Assembly (NCBI GenBank): GCA_051362555.1 | Contig: CM120644.1 | Location: forward strand, 8,130,954-8,194,953 | Source of the DNA: Lingula anatina | Lineage: Eukaryota; Animalia; Brachiopoda | Length of the DNA stretch: 64,000 bases | Reading direction: 5' to 3' | Shown: positions 49,456 through 63,168 of the stretch, piece by piece | Layout of the letters: the number at the start of each line of letters is the position of its first letter | Numbering within the stretch: the first letter of the stretch is position 1 | The notes under the pieces: generated by a model | Seen by the model: only the letters and a program-made list of their open reading frames with translations | Told to the model about the DNA's origin: nothing | Databases searched by the model: none | Made by a program: the position numbers and the translations under genes

Positions 49456-52400
49456 TTAGCAACTGCCCGTTCTAGCAATGCGTTTTCTTTTAGAGCTTCC
49501 AAGCTTCCAAGACAGAGACGACGGACTCCATGTCCTTCTTTTCCCCCAGGTCCATCTCCACTTCTGATATGAAATAAATCAGATTGGAATGCGAAATGAC
49601 TCAAAGTTAAATGAAAATGTAATAAAATTATACAAAATGAATCAAGACAAGGATTAGAAACTCTTCATTTTTTTTTTTTTGGGGGGGGGGGGGGGATCAG
49701 ATTTTTCTGAGATAGACATCGATTTTCCCATACTTTCAAATGGTCAATAAATCCGTTCTGAAATTCAAATTTGGTCGATTGTTTTTAGTGTGTGTGTGTG
49801 TATGTGTGTGTGTGTGTTTGTAAAAATCCCTTTAGTCATACTATTAAGGAGGACAGGTACATCTTAAGGTTCATGTCGTCCGATGGCCAGCACAGATTTC
49901 AGACATACTGCAATGACCGCCTTTTTGATGGTCAAATGGAATTAAAATTTCATATATTTCTGTGTGTTGTTTACATTGTATTCATTGTGGACATTTGAAT
50001 CTCATATGAATAGTTGTTATCTCTTTAAGTTATCAGATTGATGTAAACCAAGGTAAAGCCAATGTGAGTGGAATTGGATTTGAATCTCACATGTATGAAA
50101 TAAAATCAAAGTACATATACATCAATTCACAACTTACCCAGAATCTCCAACTTTTAATCTTAAACTTAGTTCTAAGTTGATACCAAGCTTCAACGTTAAT
50201 CTTCATGGGGTCGTAGCCGTGGTAGAACGAGAAACAAAGCCCCGGATAGAGCTTCCCCTCTCCTTCAACCAGGTAATTGAGGGTGACGCCGATGTCAATC
50301 CCACCACGGGCCAGTGCCTGGAATCAACTTTTTGGAATCAAATATTGGAAAAAATACACTTGTAGATTTAGAATATCACGACTTTACAATCAACGTTTTG
50401 CTCAGATTTCAACAACAACCAGCGGTCGATGTCATGCTACACGATTCGCCTGTTTTTATAATTCTAGTCAATTAAAATGATTGAGCAATCTTTACTTGCA
50501 CGTTTATTTCCCCAAACATCTACAATATTGCAGATGTTTGGAGAAATAACTGTATTGGCCTCTTTAAAATTTTAATGCATCTGTAAAATGAACAAATATC
50601 ACTTTTCGAAGTCTTATTCATCATAAACCATAATAATCATAATCGAAATCTCAATTATTTTATCATTTACACATATACATATACATGTTGCATATACTTA
50701 CAAGCAAATTAGCTGAGCCTCCACCAGAAATTCGGGCACTTGCTTTCAGAGTCATCGTCAGACAGTGAGAGCAGGGATCATATGACCGATCACAAAAGCC
50801 TGCCTTGATACGAAAGTCCACCCTAGGAGCCAAGGTAATGGTAACGGAGATTTTAGCGACATAGATGAAAAAGCTGAACACGTTGATGGATTTAGGTGAC
50901 GGTTTGTAAACTGGGTAGTTTCTGTTCACTGAGCCAGATGTGTCTACGTTCACCACAGTCTTTCCGTAGACTTTGAGATAGACCCTTGTTCTAGTTTTGC
51001 TAGTTTTATAACGATAGGCTATTGCGGTTGCAAGTGTAAACCGTTTGGAGAAAACTTTGAGTTTGGCAAATGATTTGCCGTACACTTTACAGTATCTTCG
51101 TCTTCTATTTCTACCAGCAAAGACACCAGACTTGATGTAGATATTTGCTTTCGATGGGCCGTAACTGATGTGGGATAGACAGTGCTTGTTTTCTGGGTAT
51201 TTGTTGTTATCGCTTGAGAACTTCGATGAACTTAACAATTCTGAATACCGTGAGCCGTAGGTACCCCAGGAACTGCAACTTACATGGTTAACTCCTCTTT
51301 TAGTGCGCGTGGAATTCACCACCTCATAAGTCTCAATAAGATTACCAAAGGGCACACCTTTAAGTTGAAGATACTCCCTAATATCTGAAAATGCACACTC
51401 ATATCTTACATCTGCCATAAGAAGTGCATTGAGAAGGATTCTGTCTACCTCTGTTCGACCTGAATTGGGCCATGCCTTGTTTTTGGTGTCCAGTACCTTT
51501 CTGTAAGCAAGTTCGCCTTTGATGGTGACCACAGCAGCTTCACGTAATTCACAGCTAGATGTTGGACGAGTCAACAGATTTACTAGCCATTGCTGAACCG
51601 ACTCAACGTGGAAGTTTCTTCTCAGAGCGTGGATACAGCCTATCTCTATCTCTTCCGTCTGTCCTTTTTTAGCAACTGCCAATACAACCGGCGTTAGTCT
51701 GTTGTCTCCAAAGTTACCAATAGCCTCAAGAGCGTCACTGATTTGCTCCGTGTTGTTATTTTTGTCGCCTGATTGAAGATGGCGTCGAAGAAGATCCACC
51801 AATTCTGACCGGAAACCAGAGCTGGTAGTTTCCTTCGAGGCGAGGGAGCCGAGAGTAAGTATGACGTGACTCTGGGATGGATCGCCTTGAGAGGACAGCG
51901 TGTTCCATAGTGTCTTGACTGTGGTTAAGATGTGGTTTGTGGGTTTGGCAATAAAGGACAACTTCTGAACCAGTTCCTGCTTTTGGTCGGCAGAAAGGGG
52001 GTGATACTGGACCAAACTGGATAGTGTCTAAAATAAAGACTTGTGACTTTGTGATGTTTTTTAAGGTAAATTTCCATAAAAGGTAAAAGCAGACCTTTGA
52101 CGATGGAGGATAGTTAAAACAAGTATAAAAGCCATTCCAAAGTAATACATTTACATCAATAATTAGTATTCTATGCATTACCTTTTCGGCTTCTTTGCCG
52201 CCAGCGGTGATGTAAAGGTCCAAAATTTCTTTGCAAATTTCCCAATTTGTTGAACACCTGGCAACCATCTGAAATGGAGAGATGTATTTGTTAGCCGGTT
52301 TTACAATCAGCGCAGGTACATGCAGAATGTCTATATACCTAACCCATTAATGACTTTTTTAGTTATAAAATACATTCCGCGCTAGTCAAATCATCAATCC

Positions 52401-53397
52401 TGAAAGCAATTTATCAAAAATATATATACATGTTTCACAGCTTTTAAACGTTTTCAGAAACAGAAAGGAAAATGATGACACAAAAAATTGCTGACCAAGG
52501 GATCAGCTTCATGTTCTGATGGTTCGGTAAAACGCACCCATGACAAGTAGTCTCTTTATTAGACCACTGACGCTAATTTAAATAATAATTGAGTCTTAAT
52601 TAAAATACCATCAGTGGTGTAAAAATGATCTCTGTTGAGCAGGTTTCTTGATATTGAAGACAATAGTCTGATATTTTGATCAGGCTATAACTATGTATGC
52701 CAAGTGATAACTAAACATGCTACATAAAGATTTTAAAATATTACTGAAGGCAAACCTCTTTTGTAGCTTGTATCAGTTGCTTAACCAGGGCAGGTTTGTT
52801 GGCGGCTGCAGAGGTTGCGTTGTTGTGTGGCATCCCAAGTTCATTTTCCAGCGACAGAATTTCATTCACTTCGTGTACTGAAAAAAAAAAAGCCGGTCAG
52901 TATGTGAACGTCCATAAGTTTGAGAGTGGCGATAAGTGGACTTCGCTCCCCCCTGTCCGATTTTTTTTTGTCTGCCTCAAAGAAACACTTACTCTCGATC
53001 AGCAAAAGTACATGATAATCAGAATTATTGATATAAGTCTTCTACGGTCATTTTAATTAATTCTATTCAGAAACAATCTCTCCACAAGGATAAATTAACA
53101 CAATAATACATACATTTTGACGGATCTGTTGGATCCTTCATAAAGTTCGTCACAGCTTGACCTAGCTTATCCTCCTCATCGAACTTTCTCCTCAGAATGG
53201 TCCATCTTTGGTACACAGCAGACACTGAAATAGGTAATAAAAACTGCAGTACACGGCAATTTGAGACAAAAGGATGATACAGGTGTTGTTAAAATATAAG
53301 AAATAATGTCTCTAATAACCTATTAATTAGGAACCAATTCACAAATCCGGTACGTTATTTCTCATGCCCGTTTTGTTAACTATGTATTCTGTGTAAT

Positions 53398-53448
<51 letters not shown>

Positions 53449-56080
53449 TGTTAAAGTAGAGAGGCTATAAAATGTTAATTGTACACATCTTGAGCCTCGG
53501 TCACAACCGGCCGTATGGGATCTTACGGCCTGTTAGCGTCCACATTTTGCGCAGACTCTCACGTGCCGCGCAAGTCCTTCTTGCGAAATTTAGAGTTTGC
53601 AGACAGCCCGTAAGCATGTACGGAGGATGTTGGAAATGTCCAAAAGATTCTATGAATGATCTGTGAACAACTAGCTCGCAAACGTAACTTGCTCCAGTCG
53701 CAGTCGTGCGTGGTCCAGGACGCACGTCGTAAACAATGAAAGAGCAAGTGGCCTTTAAGTGTTGAGTACGACGCACGCCCTCACATCCAACGAACATAGT
53801 TGAAAGTACGGCGGAAGTGCGTCGCCCCCACGCCAGGAGTATAAAAGGCGTGTTTACAATGCACGCTCGTGTCTCGACAAATAACGTCGCTTGTGCCTCG
53901 TGTACAACATTTCACAAATTTCGAACTTTGCTAAATTTAGCTTCTAATATGCCTCCAAAAGGCAAGGGAAAGAAGCTTAGAGAGCAGAAAAAAGGGAGGA
54001 GGAAAAAGAGAGAAGGGCCCTTGCGGCCGGTTGTGACCGAGGCTTAAGGTGCTTGCCTACTATCTAATATCTACAGAACGATGTGGTGCTGTTTCTTTTA
54101 TCATTTTACCTACGTTTACAAACTCCTGGATTCGCCCATGTAAAATCTAAGCTGTTATTGTGAATATACCCTCATAGATACCGAATGTAACACACGATTT
54201 TTAAAATCGATTATTTGTCTTTTGGCGAACTTAACTTTTCATTATATCAAAATATGACAAATAATCTTCATTAGTATTGAATTATCTAATCAACCATTTA
54301 TTATTTTTTTGATGAGCACATTACCACAAGCTACTACACTCACCCTTGTCATACTGTCCGACCAGGGATCTTTTATGAAATCGAGCGCTGACTGCCGCTT
54401 CCATTCTTTGGACTCCTTCAACGGAACGCTTAACGTGCTTACGCAAGGTCAACGTGAAGGTAACGTTAGATGTCAAATATGCCCCAAGATCAATATTGCC
54501 CCCTTCCTCAGGGCTGATAGACTCATCCTGGAGGAATAAATACAAGAATGCTATAAAGTATTATAATCAATGTATACTTATAGGCTTTTACAGCCGATAT
54601 TGTTTGTATTCCGTTTTGTATCATTCCGTATATTTATTACAATTTTATGCAGTCCGCTAATAAAGCGCACATATCCACCTTGCTATGCATGATAAATATT
54701 CAATTTTTCATACAATGTATTAAATTATTTTCCATGATCTCCATTCTACTTGGCGGGCGTTCTTATAATAAACCAATCGGTAATCGATTGTCCCGGAATT
54801 CAGATTATCATATAATTGATATGAAAGGCTTCAAAAATGGCGGAAGTACCAGTTGATGTAGTAAGCGGATTTTTCTCACTTGTCACTTCACATATAACTT
54901 TAAATCAAATATGTCATACTTCGTTATACCTATTGTGCGGCTATTAATCAAAGCATATCTACCTGATCTTCGGGTTTGTCAAACACCTGTACATGTCCGG
55001 AGACACTGGTCAGTATATTTCCACTAACACGCTGGACTTCATCTGTCTCGATGTCCACTTCGTCGGTGTCCAAGTCAGTATTATCCTCCTCATAGATGTC
55101 CTTGGAGGAAAAATGCTTCTTAATTTCTATTTCCCCAAACTGCAGCTCTGTTGACCTAGGATGAAAGGATTAATAATGGTAATGTGATGGTCATAATTAC
55201 AATATGTTATAAACTGAATGACATCAACAACACAAAGAAAACAAAGTGTGATAAGCCGAAATAATATATATGAATTTGAAAGGCAGTCATATTTTATATT
55301 TGGTTATTAAAAAAGGCTGAATAGAACATCGCAAAAAATTAATAATAAAAAAAATAAATAAATATATTAACTAATAAACATAAGGTAAATAAACTTATAA
55401 AGATGTCATTAAATATTAACTTTTTTCTTGTCAGTTTCTTTGTTTTTATTTGCTTTTCCTTCATCATGCACATTGTGCACTTAGGACAACTAAATACATG
55501 TAATTCACTCACATGTAGCGTGAGTTGTGTTTCCCCATGACGTCCGTCTCTATGACATTTTCTTTGTCACGCACCAAATTCGTTTGAAGTACCGATAAAA
55601 TGGAGCGCTTAAAATTCATGACATTTGTATTTCCTAAAACAAATTAGGGGAGTTCAGTGCAGGTTTAGATGTACCAGATGTATAAATAAAGGTAAATTGA
55701 CTTGCTTTTAACCTTTAAACGATGCTTTTAAACGATGTGACATGGTCATCCAATTACTATAAGATTTACAGCGCATGCTATATTTTTGTGAGAATGTGAT
55801 TATGGAGAAAACGTCTATCAGAGAGCAAAGGCACGCGCACCCACCCCAATATTTTTAAAATTTGAAGACAAGTTTTATTTAGGTTGAGGTATGCGTCGCA
55901 TGGAAAAGCTAAGAAAAAATTGTCCCCGTTTGTCGTCTTACCTAAATCTTTCTTGGTAAACCTAGCCTCGGCAATAGTTCCGTTCCCCAGTTGAACAAAC
56001 CAGGTAGGCTGGTCATACAGGTCGTCAGCAGACAGAGGAGCCTCGGACTGGGAGGTCGTGCTATTGGAATGGATACAAGA

Positions 56081-56136
<56 letters not shown>

Positions 56137-57126
56137 CCACGCATACAGCGAAATAAATGAGGAGCGTTGTAATTTACATATTATTTTAATTACTGTAATA
56201 CACCACGTCACGTACAGTAAAATGGTCCTCACCCATTTCCCTTAATCACCTGCACAAACACATTGCGCATAAACATGAGAAAGGACGATGCATTGTTATC
56301 AAGGTAGTTTCCAAAGCCATCTGGAAAACAAGTAGTGCATCAACATACAAAACCAATTTTACTTTCACGTGCTACTGCATGGAATGTCTTCCAATAACAT
56401 TGACCTTAAACAAATGTATGTGATTAGTTTACCTGTGCATGAGGTAAGAAACCATGTACATGCATCAACTCGAAGATCGTTTTATCAAACAATGTTACAA
56501 AGACTGAGGGAGTGGTAAAAAACATTATCGATAAAGAACTAGTTGAATAAGAAAAACAAATACAGATAAAAAACAACAAATTGAAACACATATATACCTC
56601 CAATATACTCGATATCTACATCAGCGGAGATGTGAAAAGTCTCCTCTGCCGGACCAAACAGTTTTGCATCACTTTCATATCGGTAGTGTAGAGTTGTTCC
56701 CTGGAAACGCAGCAACGTTAGCGTTACTTATTTTTTGCATGTTGGTTTACTTATTACACTGTCTAGGGTTTAAATTTCTATAAAGTCTAAAGATGATTGA
56801 AACCTGTGGTAAGGAGGGGTAAAACGTTACTCACTAAGGTTCAGATGGTGCATAGACTTGAATGTAGGATCTAGTTGTGTTAGGAATATCTTACTGGTAT
56901 TGATTCTGAATGATTGATAACATCTACTATTACTGATAAACGAATATATACCAGCGACATGTATAAGAGTATAAATATATATATATATGATACAAGGAAT
57001 GTTACTTAATGGTTTTGTCATCCCGGCATGTTAAAAGTTGTGTTAGCCAAGCTCATCCAAAAGAGACAACTGACTTAACAAGAATTAATAAAAACAATCA
57101 AATAAACAAACAAACAGACAGGCAAA

Positions 57127-57170
<44 letters not shown>

Positions 57171-57324
57171 AGTATGTTGTTCACGGGACTATTAGTACTC
57201 TTACATGTAAATCAGCCTGAGGCAGTGTGGACGAATCTTTCGACACGTAGTCCTCCTCGCCCTTGCATAAGGTTGACAGCACCAGAGCGACAACAAGGCA
57301 CAGGTTAATAACAATAAACCTCAT
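49456..57324 (-). CDS. Copy B, intact: secreted ~953-aa protein with a vitellogenin/MTP-like N-terminal lipid-transfer module, an RTKR furin site and a basic beta-rich C-domain with a Trp-rich tail
   Basis: 13 GT-AG exons: 57324-57205, 56700-56598, 56320-56233, 56060-55942, 55633-55513, 55155-54963, 54527-54344, 53224-53114, 52877-52756, 52268-52182, 52027-50702, 50317-50138, 49563-49456 (2862 nt, open). Signal-like MRFIVINLCLVVALVLS. LLTP-like motifs LHYRYES, PTWFVQLGNGTI, NFKRSILSVLQ, ETDVMG, LTLGSLA, LEAIGNFG, IHALR. Confidence 0.88.
53493..54044 (+). mobile_element. PIF/Harbinger-like deletion derivative in copy B intron 7
   Basis: TIR AGCCTCGGTCACAACCGGCCG / CGGCCGGTTGTGACCGAGGCT, TAA on the right flank. 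CpG-rich interior with TATAAAA and an ORF stub MPPKGKGKK. Absent from copy A at ~20476. Confidence 0.75.
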
Positions 57325-58967
57325 TTTCTTGATAAACACGTATCTTGGGAACTTAACAAGGTGGGATGATAACTGAAAGGAAATGCGACATATATCAGAA
57401 AATATTGTACGACATTAACACGAAGACAGTATAAAACGCACAAAAGTTATTACTTATCATTGTCCTATAATGTTTTGAAATGTGTTTTGCGAATTTTTGT
57501 TATATTGTGCATTTAATTAAAGTCGTTAGATAGCGTCCATTAAGGTGAAGACGCATCTTTAGGCATGTAGTCGTATAAGGACGTTTGTTTGTCCTTATCT
57601 AATATACATCTAGTGAAACAAATACTAACAAAAAAGCAGCTCTAATGTTATAATACATTACGTTTGATAGTGAAATACCTTAATAACTAAGTACCTAAAA
57701 GAAAACTTACATTTTGTTTTTTAAACAAATAACCAGGTTCTGAACTATTATTGATTGGGTCACAAAATTTTACATCGCTTATTTCAAAGACAAAACATTA
57801 AAAAGCTTGCAGAAATTGTGCTGATAATTGTGTATTTTATGGGGTATCATATTTTGTAAATTATTAATTATCAATTTCAATGTCCAGAATTACACCCGAT
57901 TTTATTAATAATAAAATTAATCATTACTAAAATAATTTAATGACAGTGGCTCTATTCACCAACTTAACACTACTTTATTTATACTGTATCTCTTACCTGC
58001 ATATTTACTTATATTCTTTGCAACTCCCTTTGGGTGATCATAAAAATCTTCCATTCTATTTTGTCAATCGCCTATTCAATATTTCCTTGCTACGAAATCT
58101 CTGGAGAACGTGCTTACGTCTTTTACAATTAAATATTAAACATATTATTTCTATTACAGCATACTTTAAAACTTCCTGAAGTAGAATTCGAATCTGTTAT
58201 CCACGTCACGCGAGAGTGCTCTTTTATTGTAGAATTAAAGAATCAACCGAGACCTTGACCCTGACAGTTTTCATTCTTGCAAAAAAATTCACACGTCCAT
58301 TTTTAAGGATATTTAACCTGTGCTCATTAACTTACTGTATCTTTATTTATTTGTATTTGATTACAGCTAGGTTACAGTGACAAAACAGTGAGGTGTAACC
58401 TTTTAACTTTTAACAACGGCAACAGAAGCAACCAACGACAATAAAATAATCATGGTTAAATGCCGATGGAGCAAAGACCTGCGATGTATAACAGAATTGA
58501 AATAACTCATATTGCTTAAACTACCTAAAAAACAACCATATTTCATACACCGATAAGAAACGAATCTCTGTCAATCCGGGTTGCAACTGGCTGGAACCTT
58601 GTATCAGTTCGAGCAATATGATATTTACATTTAAAAAAATACAGAATTAAACATATAAATTGGTTTTCCCTCATTTAATATGTAGATAGACCAAACTATG
58701 ATCCTAATTAAAATTAATCGGATTTAATGAAATATCTAAAATTGTGGTCCCTATCACCGACCAAACGACTTTCCACCTAAAATATACAACTAACAGTACG
58801 ACGTTGCAAGCTTTTTATGTTTTGTCTTTGAAATAAGACATGTAAAAGAAACAAGCAAACAAGCAACCGTTCAGACCACCATTCTTGTGAAAATATTTTT
58901 TAAAATCTTATAACAGTGATAATAAAGAATAAAAACAAATCAATAAAATACAGCGTTGTCCACTTAC

Positions 58968-59110
58968 CCATCCCAGGCGTCTTCTTGCCCCAACGGCTTC
59001 AATAACTAGTGCACTTTGCTATCCATTCGTTTTATACACTTCACAAAGAAATGTATTCATGTAACGGAGCCAACTTCCATTTTAATTGCAAAATTAGTTT
59101 CCTTGTTTAC
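58968..59110 (-). promoter_or_regulatory. Putative promoter and non-coding first exon of copy B
   Basis: Minus-strand TATAAAA at 59036-59030, GTAAGTG donor at 58967, TGTTTAC at 59104-59110; conserved with copy A. Confidence 0.6.
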
Positions 59111-60153
59111 TTGAGCTGAAATTCATTTAAATTCAGTACATTAATGCTTTCTTTGAAAATGTTTCTCATGGACAGATTAACCCGCAGAATGAAAGGGCAA
59201 CCTCCCATATCGAGGCAAAAGGAACGCAGCGGACCATGAATAAAACACAACCAGTTGCATGTTTACACAGAAAAGCATCCAAAGTCTGTTTTAAACTTGT
59301 TAGATGGAGAATGTCCAAATATTTCTCACTAAAATACCATTTCTTGTTGAGGTACTTAAAATACAAAATTTCCTCTTGGGTGATTTATTCACATCATCAA
59401 CGTTGGCTTAATTTAATACTTACTGAACAGATATGTGTGGTGCTGAGTTATTTGCAATTTACATAAAGTTTCTTCACTACATGTTTTTTTTTACTTCAAA
59501 GCTATGTTTTGTTATTATTTGTTTGTGTATGCGTGATTCTTTCTATTCTTATTCACCATGACAAATTGGATTTCTTTATGAAAGATTTTAAACATAACAT
59601 GAGTAATCAATCGCTGCATGGAAATGTTTAAAGGCAAATAATACTAGTACTACCTTCAACCAAATTTAATATGAACTTTATAGTATACATTCTCATAGTC
59701 ACAACGTCACTACTGGCGTGGTAATAGAATGATAAAATCTAATCAAACATCTTATTTTTCGGGGCTAAGAGCAAGTAAAATAATCAGTAATCGATAATAA
59801 TTCAATAATGCAACCGATATCAAATTTAAAGGATGAAAATAAACAGCTGAATTTATTGTAATTCATCCAGGTTTATTAATGTGTTCTTCGTAAATGTTTT
59901 CCCTGAAATAGCTATTTTAGTTTTTCTTCTCCCTCATTAGAAAATCAAGTAAATGTAAATGTGTAAATTGATGTTTATCAGAGACCACATGAATGCTTTT
60001 CTAGCTTCATTGTAATATGCAATACACTGCCTCATGAAGATTATTCACCAACATTTAAAATTTCAAATTGTCAGCGAGAGGGAGAGAGATGGGGGCTTTG
60101 AAAGCTGCAGTCATCCGTTATACATGGAGTCACCTGTAATGCCGTACTTACTA

Positions 60154-60730
<577 letters not shown>

Positions 60731-62966
60731 GTCAATTTCATTTCACAAGATAAAATATCCGTCAACGCAGAGTACCTGTATTTACAGATTACTTGTGGAA
60801 CAAAGGGTCTGAGCAGGAACCGCGGCAATCAAAATAGCTAGACTATAATATATCCGATATGTGAGTGGGCAGTACATGCCGAAGCAAAGGCTTACTGTTC
60901 CTACAGCAATACTTGTCCAAATTGAACAAGCTTTGATCGATGCCTAAAATATTATTCTAGTTCCAACTCCAAGAAACCTGTCGGGATAAAGCAATACCTT
61001 GCTGCTTTAGTAATAGCAGATGAGGCAACACGCACCACTGACCGTTGCTGTGACTACAGACACTGCTACACTGTATGAGCCTCCTTTGTGAAGCTTAAAA
61101 CTCTTTCCAAGAGATAATGTTAAAATATGATCTTGAAATAATGTTATTAATGGCTGTTGTATGACTTAAAATCAGTCATGTTTTTATTTTTTTATTTTAT
61201 TATTATTTTTTGCTTAATTAGATAATTTCAATTGAATAGTTGATGTCACAATTTCAGCGAATAGATTATAAAAAGTTATTAAAACAATATTTAAGCCATT
61301 GATTTCATTTATACGTTGGAACAGTAAGAAAAGATCAAAGCAAATGATATGGAAAAATATTCCAAATTAAATTTCAAGTCTCTTGTACTAATGAGGGATG
61401 TAACATCAAGTTTCTGGTACTGTGACGAAAGTCGCAAGAACACGTGCAACAATTAACATTTAATTGTATGAAATGAAGAAGGAAGTAAACCAAGTGACTT
61501 GATAATTAGTATTTTCAGATACCAGAAATGCACCTTAAAGATCATGGGTTAACATAATTCACAAAGTCCGTCTTTTTTAGTACCATATTTTCCTAAAAAC
61601 AATCAAGTCATAGTCAATAGTCACAATCAATTTATATGTTTACAGAGAATATTTTTGCCGTTATGACACTTCATAAGCGACAAAATGCTTATTCGCCCTC
61701 GTTCAAATTATTTTATGAGACACGCATGTAAATGTATATCTGTTGTAGGTTTGAATAAATAGTAGCTTAAGCGTATATTGATAGGTGTCTTTTGAAAAAA
61801 TAGGCAGTCCTAACACTTCTACATATGTCAAGTTTAGGATTCGTGCATTCATTTGACGGAATGGAATATCAAAATGATTAAAAAATATTCTAACAGTTAA
61901 GGGGTGCTTTTATGATATGTTTTTGCTTCTTTTTTATTCATTTTTTACTTAAGAACTCTTCCTGCTATTAGTAAATTCTGGACGATTTTATCAAGAAAAG
62001 ACAAATTATAACAAAGACGAGTCAGATGCAAAAGCATTCATTGTATTCTGCCTTAGCTACAGTTACACGCACATCCTGACAATGTTGTTTTATTCAGGCA
62101 AATGTGAAAATCAATAAACTCTTAATCTATAAAAATAATTAAAAAAATATTGATCGTGAGATATTCTTAATACAATTTTAGTATACTAATAGATATATTG
62201 ATATACGTACTGGTACTACAAATAGGTCTCTATTCTCTGAACTGGAGATAGCATCTAATGTGTTCTGTTTTAATCAATTAGATTCACGCAAATAGAGAAA
62301 GCGCCGTTTCATTCAGGAAAAAGAGTAAGTCAATAAAATCTAAATATGTAAAAAAACTTTGACAGCAATCAATATAGTTAAATTTGAAGAAATCTATACA
62401 GATAGCTCACTTTTGAAAAATTAAGTTATATGCTCGTGTTTAAATAAAGCATGCACAAAAGAAGCAATAGGAATGAAAATAATCAATACTGATAAATCAT
62501 TAACCAATTGATAACCAAATAAACACATTCAAATTTTTAAGATTAGAAAAAAAAGAAGAAAACACGTACTATAAAGAAGATAAACAATGATGAAGATAAA
62601 CAAATGAACTCATTCAGTGTATTGACGGATTCGAATAAATCTAATAAAGCGACCAAATAAAATGAAATCAGTTGTATTTAACAAGACAAAAATCGCATTA
62701 CTCAGTCAGTATCCCCAGGGGCCTACATGGAATACTAATGTAATTTTCCTATAATGTGACAATAATGTAAGAACAATATATGCAACCTGTAGTTGTTGTA
62801 ACAGGAACTTTTTCATTTGGATTAAGCATACCCTGTATCTGTGATGCACTAGGTTCAACACATACAAACATACCCACATGTACGTGTACACGCTTGTACA
62901 AATAAGTGCACACTTATATATTCAGATCAAGTCGATAGTTTTTCTGTAATCATTTAACAAACATGC

Positions 62967-63118
62967 CTAGCAACTGCCCGCTTTACCAATAAGGTGTCTT
63001 CTAGAGCTTCCAAGGCTCCAAGACAGCGACGACGGACTCCACGTATTCCTGTTTCCCCAGGCCCACCCCTGATATGAAAAACGTCATAATGCAATAAACA
63101 TTTTAATATTTATAACAG

Positions 63119-63168
<50 letters not shown>

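Noticed and set aside
51756-52268. 170-aa ORF as a separate protein
   Set aside because: It is exon 10 read through the intron into an alternative frame of exon 11.
49456-57324. Naming the family vitellogenin, apolipophorin or MTP
   Set aside because: Only the N-terminal module resembles them by motif. No VWD domain is seen, the length is ~950 aa and the C-domain is unfamiliar, so orthology cannot be claimed without a search.
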